Sequence record: NC_019423.1
Source of the DNA: Escherichia phage IME11
Strand: one strand, 5' to 3'
Length of the DNA: 64,000 nt
Shown here one piece after another: positions 50,295 to 59,137 of this stretch. Each line of letters begins with the position of its first letter. The stretch's first letter is position 1. The translations under genes were made by a program, and so were the position numbers. Below the pieces are notes generated by a model. That model saw nothing but the letters and a program-made list of their open reading frames with translations. It was not told the DNA's origin and did not search any database.

Positions 50295-51469
50295 TATTTC
50301 ATTCCTTTAGGGATATGAACTACCTCCCCAAAAGGTACGGTAGCATTGGGATTATTCAGAACACACCAGATGATAGGGATATCAAATGGTAATTCTTCCA
50401 TTGGACGAACATACATATCAGAGAATATGATTGCAGCGGTTGGCTTATTCTTAATAATCCAATCTCGTACTGGTTCAAGGTTTGTACCACCACGGCCTGT
50501 AATCTTAATCTCTTCGAAAGTATCTTCTTCAGTGATGTCTATTTCTTCCTGAATAATATCGTCGAAGGTAATTAAGGACATCTTCTTAGGATTAAACTGG
50601 CTCTTAACATAGGCAACCTCTGAGTTAAAACGCAGAGAGTCAGCACTACTAATAGAACCAGATACATCCTCAAAGTAGGCTAAGTGTCGTAAGCGTCCTT
50701 CATCATCTTCCAGGGAAGGTAGATAAATGTCAAAGAAACGACGGTTAGGTCTGGCCCACGTATAATGTGTGTCATCAATGTCGGTAAAGAAGTTCATCAG
50801 AACTTCCTGCCAGGGAACCACTGGTTTAAGGAATTGGGTAATAACCTCTTCCATGCGACCAGCACCTTTACCGGGCATTGTTCCACCAGCCATCTTCTGG
50901 CTCTGCATTGCACGTACTACGTTGTTGACAACAGCACCCTGGGACTGCCCCGAAGAGGGAGCTTTCATGTCGCCAGCAAGACCTGCTCCAGCACCCCCAG
51001 ACGGCTTCTGCCTTTTCTGAGGGTTCTTCATCAGGTCATCGTAGATGTCTTCTTCGACCCATCCTTTATATTGAGGGTCTTTGCAAATACCTTTATCAAT
51101 GCCAGTGAACTTATAACCATCTTCCTCTAACTGAAGGTTAATGAAGTGATCACATGCCTGGTTCCAGACTTCCGGGTCACGGCTTCCACAACGGATGCCA
51201 TGTAGATATGCTACATGCCAGAGTTCGTGCATTAACACTGTTTCCCTTGCATCTGGGCACATCCAGATAAAGAAATCTGGGTTGAAATGGAGTTCTATCC
51301 CATCAGTACATGCAGTGGGACAATCCTCACGTTTCCATGAGAACTTAAGACTACACAGCAATGAACCAAAAAACGCTGCACTGCGTCCTAGGAAAGCGTT
51401 GGCCTGAATACGGTCATACTCACGCAAGAGTTGTTCATCACTAAGTGTGTGCTGAGGTATCTGGTTCAT
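50294..51469 (-). CDS. VWA-domain protein with N-terminal HExxH metallopeptidase-like motif
   Basis: ORF track 50294..51553; Met at 51469 avoids overlap with the ATPase gene; HELWHVAYLH motif; C-terminal half has a VWA-like pattern; paired with the upstream AAA ATPase. Confidence 0.5.
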   Translation of the reverse strand: MNQIPQHTLSDEQLLREYDRIQANAFLGRSAAFFGSLLCSLKFSWKREDCPTACTDGIELHFNPDFFIWMCPDARETVLMHELWHVAYLHGIRCGSRDPEVWNQACDHFINLQLEEDGYKFTGIDKGICKDPQYKGWVEEDIYDDLMKNPQKRQKPSGGAGAGLAGDMKAPSSGQSQGAVVNNVVRAMQSQKMAGGTMPGKGAGRMEEVITQFLKPVVPWQEVLMNFFTDIDDTHYTWARPNRRFFDIYLPSLEDDEGRLRHLAYFEDVSGSISSADSLRFNSEVAYVKSQFNPKKMSLITFDDIIQEEIDITEEDTFEEIKITGRGGTNLEPVRDWIIKNKPTAAIIFSDMYVRPMEELPFDIPIIWCVLNNPNATVPFGEVVHIPKGMK

Positions 51470-51476
51470 AGTGTGA

Positions 51477-52529
51477 TTACCCGTGAATGTAACGAGAGAT
51501 ATTAGCAGCAGCCTTACGCCATTCAGGAGTAGCCTGAAGATCTGGTAATGCATTGCCTACTGTACGGAAGTACAGAATCTTATGGGTGAATGTTTTAAAG
51601 CGTTCAATATACTGAAGAACATCAGCAAAGTTTTCTTCAGTAGTTTTGTTAGCCAGATGGTTAACGGTAGCCCAGCACAGGTTGTTATCTTCCGGTAGTG
51701 CACAGCCCATAGGGTCTTTAACTACCTTCTCAATCGTAATCATACGATTGTACACCTGAGTAAACTGAACAAATTCTGTAGCTTTACCAGCAGTAACGTG
51801 ACCTGCATAGTAGATAGAATCTTCATCAGGCAGAGCACCTTCTGGCAGGTTCTTGAGGTCTTTGTTAACAAAGTCCCAAGTACGAGGACAACAGAACGTT
51901 TTGTTTTTATGAGCAGGGTCGAAGTCATGTAGATAACCAGGGTTAGCATGTAAGAATGCAACCAGACGTTCATCCCATTGCTGAGGAACCATTACGTCTT
52001 CAACAAAGATGTCGAAGTTAAGTTCCATTTCAAAGTGAACCACACGAGACTGCATTGCAGTACCTAGTGGGTTAACAATGGCACGGTCGGTAGCTTTGTT
52101 ACCAGCACATACAATCATCACATTAGGATGAAGTTTTTTCTGACCTGTCATACGGTCCAGAATCAGTTTGTATGCAGCAGCTACTACTTCTTTCTTAGCT
52201 GAGTTGAACTCATCAAGGAATAAGAGCCAGCCATTATACCCTTCTGGTAATTCATCCCCCTCAATAGGAAATAAGTCAGCGAATGGGATAAATTCTGCAC
52301 GGTCACCATTACGAAATGGTAAGCCAGAAAGGTCTTCCGGGGCAGAAGTAGACAGACGGTGGTCTATCAGCTTCATACCAAATTCTTCTGCAACAGAACG
52401 AATAATTGCAGATTTACCCATGCCCGGTGATGAAGTCAGGAACGGTACGTTACCTGCTCTAAGGGCACGGATAATAAAGTTACGAGCTTGACGTGTATTA
52501 CATACGGTCAAGGAGTCAATGCTTGCCAT
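51477..52529 (-). CDS. AAA+ ATPase (MoxR/CbbQ-like)
   Basis: 350 aa; Walker A SPGMGKSAI, Walker B LLFLDEFN, sensor-like VCAGN. Confidence 0.7.
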   Translation of the reverse strand: MASIDSLTVCNTRQARNFIIRALRAGNVPFLTSSPGMGKSAIIRSVAEEFGMKLIDHRLSTSAPEDLSGLPFRNGDRAEFIPFADLFPIEGDELPEGYNGWLLFLDEFNSAKKEVVAAAYKLILDRMTGQKKLHPNVMIVCAGNKATDRAIVNPLGTAMQSRVVHFEMELNFDIFVEDVMVPQQWDERLVAFLHANPGYLHDFDPAHKNKTFCCPRTWDFVNKDLKNLPEGALPDEDSIYYAGHVTAGKATEFVQFTQVYNRMITIEKVVKDPMGCALPEDNNLCWATVNHLANKTTEENFADVLQYIERFKTFTHKILYFRTVGNALPDLQATPEWRKAAANISRYIHG

Positions 52530-52563
52530 TTACTTACTCTCCTAAAGTTAATGGAATTACTAA

Positions 52564-52893
52564 TTAAGATTTGGTGCAGGGATATGCCTTGTGTACTGAG
52601 TACACAACAATTTGAGATGTATTCTTCAATTTGAGGATTGCAGAGTCATAAATAACTACTTTGGCAATCTTAGGCAGAATGTCTGAATACTTAATACCAT
52701 CTGGAACACAGTTATCAGTGTTCTCGATGTAAGCAATCATACTGCCCATGAAGAATCCTTGTCCGAATGCATCACGAGTGTCATCCAGGTAAGCCTGAGC
52801 ACCTTCCAGAATTGGTTCTGGTTCAATTGCTTGTGCATTTGGGGCCAAAGCTATCAGTGCAGCTACGGTAAAACCTTTAAGTAAAGTTTTCAT
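52564..52893 (-). CDS. secreted/periplasmic small protein
   Basis: N-terminal signal peptide MKTLLKGFTVAALIALAPNAQA with AxA cleavage-site-like end. Confidence 0.5.
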   Translation of the reverse strand: MKTLLKGFTVAALIALAPNAQAIEPEPILEGAQAYLDDTRDAFGQGFFMGSMIAYIENTDNCVPDGIKYSDILPKIAKVVIYDSAILKLKNTSQIVVYSVHKAYPCTKS

Positions 52894-53079
52894 TTAGTTA
52901 CCTTTCATTTCATTGAGATGAAGTACACCGATAGGGGTTAATGACCACCCAAGACCAGCATTGAACTGTACTAAGCCCAGCTTCTTAAGAGACTGTGCGG
53001 TTTTGTTATTACGGTTGCTGGTGGCAGAGCCACCTTGAACCATACGAAGGAAGATTGCTTGGGACTGAGTTAATTTCAA
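52894..53079 (-). CDS. hypothetical protein (61 aa)
   Basis: ORF, stop-start adjacent. Confidence 0.4.
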   Translation of the reverse strand: MKLTQSQAIFLRMVQGGSATSNRNNKTAQSLKKLGLVQFNAGLGWSLTPIGVLHLNEMKGN

Positions 53080-53285
53080 AGGTAATATCCTTCCAGGTTT
53101 ATTGGTGTTACGAATGTACTTGCTGATAGACAGAAAGACTTACCAGTCTCTACTGCAACAGCAGCAGGTTTACCATCAGGTAGGTGAATCTTTAGACATA
53201 CCGTCTGGTTATAAATAAAACCATTAGCAGGCTGCACATCACCAAAAGTTACCTCATTGTTCTCAGAACGATTTGTTACTTTCAT
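53076..53285 (-). CDS. hypothetical protein (69 aa)
   Basis: ORF, 4-nt overlaps with neighbours. Confidence 0.4.
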   Translation of the reverse strand: MKVTNRSENNEVTFGDVQPANGFIYNQTVCLKIHLPDGKPAAVAVETGKSFCLSASTFVTPINLEGYYL

Positions 53286-53503
53286 TTCTTCTCCGGTACG
53301 AACTGCATTACACAGTTTTGGTTACGAGGGATATTCAATTCACATTCATGCTTGAGGGTTTGTGTTACAGAGTTTGGAGTAGAACCAAAGTAGGTATTAG
53401 AAATAGCTACAAATCCTGCACCTATTAAACCACCCAGTAAGAATGAGAAAAATGCAATCTCTTTATACATTTCCTGGCTCCAGATGTAGAAAACCCCAGT
53501 CAA
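53282..53503 (-). CDS. small membrane protein (73 aa)
   Basis: Hydrophobic helix IAFFSFLLGGLIGAGFVAI. Confidence 0.45.
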   Translation of the reverse strand: MTGVFYIWSQEMYKEIAFFSFLLGGLIGAGFVAISNTYFGSTPNSVTQTLKHECELNIPRNQNCVMQFVPEKK

Positions 53504-53531
53504 TGCTGGGGTTTATCTATCAGTTTATGCT

Positions 53532-53792
53532 TTATAGACCGTGTGGTCGGCATAGGCTGCCCGAACCAAAGGAACGGTGTCCAAGTCGGCCCAGTATTAG
53601 ATTGCTTACTTCAGCAGCAGCACGACTGAATGCTTTAAAATCAAAGGTTACAATACCGAAGAGTGGGGCTGCGATAGCAGCTGCCATGACTGGCGTCAGG
53701 TCAATCAATGACATACCCAAGATTAAGTGGGCAGCGTAGGCAATAAGGCCCATTACAGCACCACAACCGTATCCAATAGCAATTTTACGCAT
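53532..53792 (-). CDS. small membrane protein (86 aa)
   Basis: Two to three hydrophobic helices (VMGLIAYAAHLILGM; VMAAAIAAPLFGIVTF). Confidence 0.45.
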   Translation of the reverse strand: MRKIAIGYGCGAVMGLIAYAAHLILGMSLIDLTPVMAAAIAAPLFGIVTFDFKAFSRAAAEVSNLILGRLGHRSFGSGSLCRPHGL

Positions 53793-53851
53793 AGTTACCT
53801 TCTTAGTTAGTAGGTTGATTTACATATTTATATAACAGACAAACAATAGTC

Positions 53852-53881
53852 AAAAAAAGACCTCCCTTCAATAGGGAGGTC
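53852..53881 (-). terminator. rho-independent terminator
   Basis: GACCTCCC-TATTGAA-GGGAGGTC hairpin followed on the minus strand by TTTTTTTG. Confidence 0.6.
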
Positions 53882-53926
53882 AAACTTGAGGGTTTCATTT
53901 CAGGGTTTATAACCCCAAGAAAGCAA

Positions 53927-54241
53927 TCATACTTGCTTGGTTAGATAATTCAGATACTCTTCCGGGTCATCAAAGAAATCATCTTCAGTTTCAATATACC
54001 AATCCACCCAACGGTCTTCTAAACCCATCTCCACTAGTTCTTGATCAGAGATAGTCTCATCCCACATCTCAATACCGTTAGCATTAGCATAATTGCCTTT
54101 GACATTGTTCTCATACTGAAATAGGTCATAGTCTGCTAATGCATTCTTAATCTTAACAGCTTCCTGAAGACTATCTGTCTCTACATGAAATGCCTTCATT
54201 GGCACTTGAGGAATGTGCCATACACGCAATTTTTGTGTCAT
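53927..54241 (-). CDS. hypothetical acidic protein (104 aa)
   Basis: ORF; Asp/Glu-rich C-terminal half. Confidence 0.5.
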   Translation of the reverse strand: MTQKLRVWHIPQVPMKAFHVETDSLQEAVKIKNALADYDLFQYENNVKGNYANANGIEMWDETISDQELVEMGLEDRWVDWYIETEDDFFDDPEEYLNYLTKQV

Positions 54242-54255
54242 TTTTACTCTCCTAT

Positions 54256-54285
54256 AAATACAAGAAAGCCCTCACAAGGAGGGCT
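54256..54285 (-). terminator. rho-independent terminator
   Basis: AGCCCTC-CTTGT-GAGGGCT hairpin followed on the minus strand by TTCTTGTATTT. Confidence 0.5.
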
Positions 54286-54307
54286 ATAACCACGAAAAGA
54301 AATACAC

Positions 54308-55141
54308 TTACTCTGCAACAGTAATAGCGATGGTTACATCGACAGTACCATTGGTAACTACTACAGAAGTAGCTTCACCAGCAGCCACTGGTTTAACTGT
54401 CAGCACATTACCAGCAAGGGTAGCTGTAGCACGAGCAGAATCCGGAGCAGTTTTGATAGTCAGCGTACCAGCAGAAGAACCAACAGGCATAGCAGCAATT
54501 GTTACGGTCTTACCGGCAGCGGTATCAGCAGCAACAGACAGAGCCAGTGAATCAGGAGTAGCTACCAGTGAGCTTGCTTCGTAGTAGCCTACAGCCAGCA
54601 ATGAGGTATCTTCTACAGTGGTTCCATTAGCATCAGTAACAATTACTTTATAAGTACCAGCAGAAGCAGCTGTTACGTCATTAAGAGTCAATGTTGCAGT
54701 AATAGCAGATGCGTTCTCACCTGAATCAATATCAGCGAATACTGCACCAGCGGTATCAGCTTTAAATTGCCATTTATAAGTAAATGGTGCTTTACCACCT
54801 GCTACATCAACATGCCAGTTAATATCTTCACCTTCGATAGCGGAGATTACACGAGGCAGTTTGGTAGCAATAGTCAGTCGTGGAGTTGCTTTCATATCAA
54901 TAGAGATAGACTGCATATCCACGATGTTGTTAGGCCAGAAACCTGCTTCAGCAGGGTTTTTAGCAGAGCGTTTATACAGCAGATCACGTACACCGTGATA
55001 GATAACTAAGCTATCAGGGTAAGTGGCATCTGGGTGTACAAAGGTTCCTACTTCTACTGAACCACCGGGGATAGAACCACCGGCATCCAGTACAGTTGCG
55101 ACATTAGTGGTTTTGTTAAAACCTACTTTCAAAGTTGGCAT
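54308..55141 (-). CDS. Ig-like domain protein (candidate capsid decoration protein)
   Basis: ORF track 54308..55204; Met at 55141 preceded by GAGGA; Thr/Ala/Val-rich beta-strand repeats (TYKVIVTDANGTTV; TVTIAAMPVGSSAGTLTIKT) typical of Ig-like/Big domains; N4-like phages carry a decoration-protein gene outside the late operon (from memory). Confidence 0.45.
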   Translation of the reverse strand: MPTLKVGFNKTTNVATVLDAGGSIPGGSVEVGTFVHPDATYPDSLVIYHGVRDLLYKRSAKNPAEAGFWPNNIVDMQSISIDMKATPRLTIATKLPRVISAIEGEDINWHVDVAGGKAPFTYKWQFKADTAGAVFADIDSGENASAITATLTLNDVTAASAGTYKVIVTDANGTTVEDTSLLAVGYYEASSLVATPDSLALSVAADTAAGKTVTIAAMPVGSSAGTLTIKTAPDSARATATLAGNVLTVKPVAAGEATSVVVTNGTVDVTIAITVAE

Positions 55142-55215
55142 ATCAATTTCCTCATAAGTAAATAGCAGGGTTAGTATACACGATGGGTAAAAATAAAAAC
55201 CCACCTAGTGGTGGG

Positions 55216-55398
55216 TTAGTTGATTACACAGTAGAGAGCAAAAGCCATCCATCCTGCCATTACAAAGCAGCCAAATGAATATGCCCCATAGTAGCAATAG
55301 GCAAACTTAGACTTGTGGGCACGAACTATCGTAGCCAGAACCAGTACAGATAAAACTATCAGTATTAGCTGAAAGATTACTTCAAAATTGATTAGCAT
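55216..55398 (-). CDS. small membrane protein
   Basis: ORF track 55216..55431; Met at 55398 preceded by GGAGGT avoids the terminator hairpin; hydrophobic helices. Confidence 0.45.
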   Translation of the reverse strand: MLINFEVIFQLILIVLSVLVLATIVRAHKSKFAYCYYGAYSFGCFVMAGWMAFALYCVIN

Positions 55399-55415
55399 AG
55401 TTGTTACCTCCAAGC

Positions 55416-55449
55416 AAAAAATAAGCCTCACTCCCGAAGGAATGAGGCT
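55416..55449 (-). terminator. rho-independent terminator with CUUCGG-type loop
   Basis: AGCCTCA...TCC-TTCG-GGA...TGAGGCT hairpin followed on the minus strand by TTTTTTGCTT. Confidence 0.5.
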
Positions 55450-55582
55450 AGTTTACTAACACACTTGCACAGTCCAACCATTGTAGGAATCTACGAAGGC
55501 AATCCAGTCATCTTCTGACCAGAAGATAGAACAAACTCCTGGGGCTTTGAATCTATATAAACCTTGTCTATAGGCTTCTTTT

Positions 55583-56800
55583 TTAACTAAGGGCATAATC
55601 AGTCTCCAGAATGTCCTGCCAGAGGCTGTCATCCAGCTTACCAGCAGAGAACTCTTGCCCCAATACCTGAGACAGGATGAAGCCCAGCAGGTCACTCTTA
55701 GCGATGTCAGACAGAATCTGATTGTACTGACGACGCAGGTCATTACCGTAGTTAGGATGGCAACGGAAGCAGTCATGCACAGTCATTACAGGGAATGGTT
55801 TCTTAGGCAGAGTGTCAATCATATCTGCTACTACCTGACGGTCTACATAAGCAATAGTACATGGGTCAAGATAATCAATGATTGATAATGATAAGAAGCC
55901 AGATTTCTCATAGTGGCTCCATAGCTCTTGTACCTTCTCCAGATTACCTACAATCTCCCCATATTCTGATGGACCTTCATCACAGAGTTCTCTCACAGCT
56001 TCCACTAAGTCACGGTCGAAGTTACAACGACGCAGCATCTCACGTACCACCATCCCATCAATTGAGTGAGTGATGTTAGCAGAGAGCATACGAGTCTTCT
56101 CTTCAGTACCCTGAACCATACGAGTGATGTCGAATGGCTTACCTAAGAAGTTAACAGTCTGTACTTCAGGAACCATTACCTTAATGACAGCGTGGAAGTT
56201 GTCAGGCAGTACCCATATATAACGGTTGGCATCCGGGTTACCACATTGCAGTAAGAACTTGTTCAGTGCCCAAGGACCACTTGCAACAGTTTCCATTACA
56301 TTCTCAAAAGTCTTGAGACGAATACCTTCACCGAATACCTCTTTGGGCTTGGCTTCTGAGCCGTAGAATGCAGTCATAACTGCTTGCTTGGTGTCACTAC
56401 GTTTAATACGGGATGCTTCACCAAGGATGTCCAGCATCTTGTGATAGATGACTGTATAAGCATCACGACGTAATGGCTTACCATTCTCTCCCATGTAGTT
56501 AACTACGTTACACAGTTCAGCAGCAGAACGGTCACCAGTCAGGCAGGCCAGTAACTGCAAGCCTGATGATGTAGCATCCAGAGCTACGGCATAACCGATA
56601 GGCTTACCTGCTTTCATATCTTTCCATGCGTTTACACCAGCAAAGAACAGTGCAGATTCTTCAGCCTCATCTACCAGATTAAGCAGGTTAGTTTCGTTCT
56701 CATCGAACCAAGCAATACGCTCATCCCATGTCTTCTTATCTAAGCCATAGTTATTGGCGATATCTACTTTCAGGTATTCACGAGCGGTTAACAGTTGCAT
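55583..56800 (-). CDS. phage RNA polymerase II, catalytic subunit (T7-like single-subunit RNAP palm/fingers)
   Basis: 405 aa; motif A ALDATSSGLQ (compare T7 DGSCSGIQ), motif B RSDTKQAVMTAFYGS (compare T7 RSVTKRSVMTLAYGS), motif C VMTVHDCF (compare T7 HDSF); T7 sequences quoted from memory. Confidence 0.7.
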   Translation of the reverse strand: MQLLTAREYLKVDIANNYGLDKKTWDERIAWFDENETNLLNLVDEAEESALFFAGVNAWKDMKAGKPIGYAVALDATSSGLQLLACLTGDRSAAELCNVVNYMGENGKPLRRDAYTVIYHKMLDILGEASRIKRSDTKQAVMTAFYGSEAKPKEVFGEGIRLKTFENVMETVASGPWALNKFLLQCGNPDANRYIWVLPDNFHAVIKVMVPEVQTVNFLGKPFDITRMVQGTEEKTRMLSANITHSIDGMVVREMLRRCNFDRDLVEAVRELCDEGPSEYGEIVGNLEKVQELWSHYEKSGFLSLSIIDYLDPCTIAYVDRQVVADMIDTLPKKPFPVMTVHDCFRCHPNYGNDLRRQYNQILSDIAKSDLLGFILSQVLGQEFSAGKLDDSLWQDILETDYALS

Positions 56801-56857
56801 TTTATGTTCCTTTTGCTTCTTGGCTCCCCACTATGGAGAGCCTGCTTATTGGATGGA

Positions 56858-57097
56858 TTAGCCAGCATTAAATGATGCCAATACTATTCCTGGTTCCACA
56901 CCTTCGGTGGCAATGCCCAGATATTCAACGTTTACTTTGTCAGGGGAAGAGCACCAAGCGGAGTATAGTTTCCATTCCCCGTCTGGGTTAATAAGGCGAG
57001 CTTCCTCTTCAGTTTTAGCCGCTACTACAGCAGAATCGTATGAATCCCATCCCGTATTTTCTTCCTGGCTAATAAGCCATAGTTTTAATCTACTCAT
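56858..57097 (-). CDS. hypothetical protein (79 aa) between the two RNAP II subunit genes
   Basis: ORF with AAGGAG RBS 8 nt upstream of the ATG. Confidence 0.55.
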   Translation of the reverse strand: MSRLKLWLISQEENTGWDSYDSAVVAAKTEEEARLINPDGEWKLYSAWCSSPDKVNVEYLGIATEGVEPGIVLASFNAG

Positions 57098-57116
57098 CGT
57101 TTACTAGCTCCTTATC

Positions 57117-57278
57117 TTAGATGGTTACTACGTCTGCAGTTAGTTTGTAAATTATGGTTTTACTCTTAGGGTTCTGTAGCTTGTAAAGCTTCTCAAAGTA
57201 TAAGCACTTCACATATGTACCTGAGTAAATACACTCTTCATTAACCCATAGCTCATAGGAGCCAATGTTAGTCTTCAT
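57117..57278 (-). CDS. small ORF (53 aa) between the two RNAP II subunit genes
   Basis: Below the ORF-track cut-off; AAGGAG RBS 8 nt upstream of the ATG; start overlaps the upstream stop by 11 nt. Confidence 0.4.
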   Translation of the reverse strand: MKTNIGSYELWVNEECIYSGTYVKCLYFEKLYKLQNPKSKTIIYKLTADVVTI

Positions 57279-58086
57279 TTACTAACTCCTTATCAGCGAA
57301 CTCCAGCACAGCTTTGTTGTAACTGGTTCCCTGATAGTTGATGTGGTAGCCACAGGCATATGTACGCCCACGTTTGTCATATTTGTGAGCCAAGGAGAAG
57401 TTATTGCCTTCTTTGGTTACTAGCTCCATTACTTCCTTAGCTGTACGACTGTACTTCTCAAAGGCTTTAACACGTTTCTCATAGTCCTGACGGGTTTCAC
57501 CTTCTTTGGGTTTATCCATGTTAGGACGAGAGTCTTTTACGTAGTTAGCAACGTCCCAGTTAATGCAGAGACGTTGATTATTCATACGGTTGATGTGGTC
57601 AAGACAGACGTCCATCTCATGATGGTTCTTCTTGAGGATGATGCTTCCTTTGCTTTCGTAGTAACCGGTGTCACGGTTACTCATAACAGGCTTAGGAGCA
57701 CTTACGATAGGCAATGGGTACTGGAATGCTTCCAGTTCCATCTGTACATCTTCACCAATCTCATAAATAACACCGAACTTGTCGATGGTAGGGTCATAGT
57801 TGAAGCAGTCATTCTCTGCCATCTTATACAGACAGTCAGCGATGTACTGAGCATCATCTGAGTGACTCATGAGGGAGCCAATCATAGTTTGAATGTCAGC
57901 TCGTTTATGTAGGGCAATCTGCACCATTGCATCAATGAGCAGCTTATAATCAATTTCTAAATAGGCAGCGAATGCCTTAAAGTCAATTTCTTTGGAGTCC
58001 TCGAATTCCTTCCTCATGCGAGGCAGGAGCTGATTTTTATTGAATAGTACTTCGAGTTGCTTCTGATGTTCGATTGACGAGTACAT
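57268..58086 (-). CDS. phage RNA polymerase II, N-terminal-type subunit
   Basis: 272 aa; C-terminal YDKRGRTYACGYHINYQG resembles the T7 RNAP D-x-x-G-R region (DWRGRVYAVSMFNPQG, from memory). Confidence 0.55.
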   Translation of the reverse strand: MYSSIEHQKQLEVLFNKNQLLPRMRKEFEDSKEIDFKAFAAYLEIDYKLLIDAMVQIALHKRADIQTMIGSLMSHSDDAQYIADCLYKMAENDCFNYDPTIDKFGVIYEIGEDVQMELEAFQYPLPIVSAPKPVMSNRDTGYYESKGSIILKKNHHEMDVCLDHINRMNNQRLCINWDVANYVKDSRPNMDKPKEGETRQDYEKRVKAFEKYSRTAKEVMELVTKEGNNFSLAHKYDKRGRTYACGYHINYQGTSYNKAVLEFADKELVNED

Positions 58087-58139
58087 CGCTTATTCTCCTA
58101 AATGTGATTAATAACCAAAAGCTGCGGAGCAGCTATTAC

Positions 58140-58400
58140 CTAACGCTTAGTCCAAAAGGTAATACGAATACTATTTTCATTACCAATGTAGTCGATACGT
58201 ACATGCAAGCCATTACCATTAAACTCATTGCTTTTATTCTGATAAGGCCAGACTAGGCTAGTCATAGGTATTTTAATGAAACCTGATATGTGTCCTAGTT
58301 TAGTACGGCTCTTTAATTCGTTCTGTAATGCACAATAGATATCGTGTCGTGTAAGTGCTCTGGCTCTGACTTGAGCAGACCATAATTCTTCATAAGTCAT
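58140..58400 (-). CDS. hypothetical protein (86 aa)
   Basis: ORF. Confidence 0.45.
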   Translation of the reverse strand: MTYEELWSAQVRARALTRHDIYCALQNELKSRTKLGHISGFIKIPMTSLVWPYQNKSNEFNGNGLHVRIDYIGNENSIRITFWTKR

Positions 58401-58402
58401 TA

Positions 58403-58753
58403 TTAACTCCAGTAGTTGTAAGCATCGCCTAAGTGTTTACGCCATGCTTCTGGTAACAGTACATTTCCAGTTACGTTAATGAATTGGTATGGGTCCAGAT
58501 AGTCATTACTCATAACTTTGAAATCCCATTGTGGATTAGAAGATGCATAGGCAATGAAACCTTCAATGAAGCCATAGATAGCACCCTCTTTAATCCGGTT
58601 ACCATAACCATCCTTTACTGGAATGGCAAAGCTATTACCATAATGACCATAGGCCATACCCCAGCGAGCACCATGCTTCTTATATGCTAATTTGGCAGCA
58701 GCATTATTATGCTGCCCAAGTAAATTGGTAGTGAATACTAAGATTTCTTTCAT
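58403..58753 (-). CDS. hypothetical protein (116 aa)
   Basis: ORF with N-terminal beta-alpha pattern (ILVFTTNLLGQHNNAAAKLA); family not recognised. Confidence 0.5.
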   Translation of the reverse strand: MKEILVFTTNLLGQHNNAAAKLAYKKHGARWGMAYGHYGNSFAIPVKDGYGNRIKEGAIYGFIEGFIAYASSNPQWDFKVMSNDYLDPYQFINVTGNVLLPEAWRKHLGDAYNYWS

Positions 58754-58756
58754 GAA

Positions 58757-59137
58757 TTATCCTTTTGGATTTTCTACAAAGTAGTTATACATAGCCTTTA
58801 CTAGCTTCTCTTTAATAACTTCACCATGACATGGTTTTGGATAGCAGAAGCACTGTAAGGCTAATCCTTTCTCGTCAATGGCTTTATTACCAAGACGATT
58901 AAGTTCATCCAGCACAACTGGATTACCTTTATCAATCTGTTCTTGTAACCAGACTCTATACTTAGCAATTACTTGCTCTCTGGTTCCATGTTTACCAATG
59001 ACGAATGGATTGCCTAATGGTGAGCCACGTCCAATATACTCACCGGATTTACCGTGATGTTTATTAACAATAATGATTGGACGTGCAGATACACCTAGTA
59101 AAGCATTGGTGTCGTCACCTAATGACATAATCTTCAT
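58757..59137 (-). CDS. DUF4326-like protein
   Basis: 126 aa; IGRGSPLGNPF ... YRVWL ... LQCFCYPKPCHGEVI matches my recollection of the DUF4326 signature (GNPF, C-x-C, CHG). Confidence 0.45.
   Translation of the reverse strand: MKIMSLGDDTNALLGVSARPIIIVNKHHGKSGEYIGRGSPLGNPFVIGKHGTREQVIAKYRVWLQEQIDKGNPVVLDELNRLGNKAIDEKGLALQCFCYPKPCHGEVIKEKLVKAMYNYFVENPKG

Noticed and set aside
55456-55776. Full-length 106-aa ORF
   Set aside because: Its N-terminal 60 codons overlap the RNAP catalytic subunit gene in another frame; only the C-terminal 46-codon part with its own RBS was kept.
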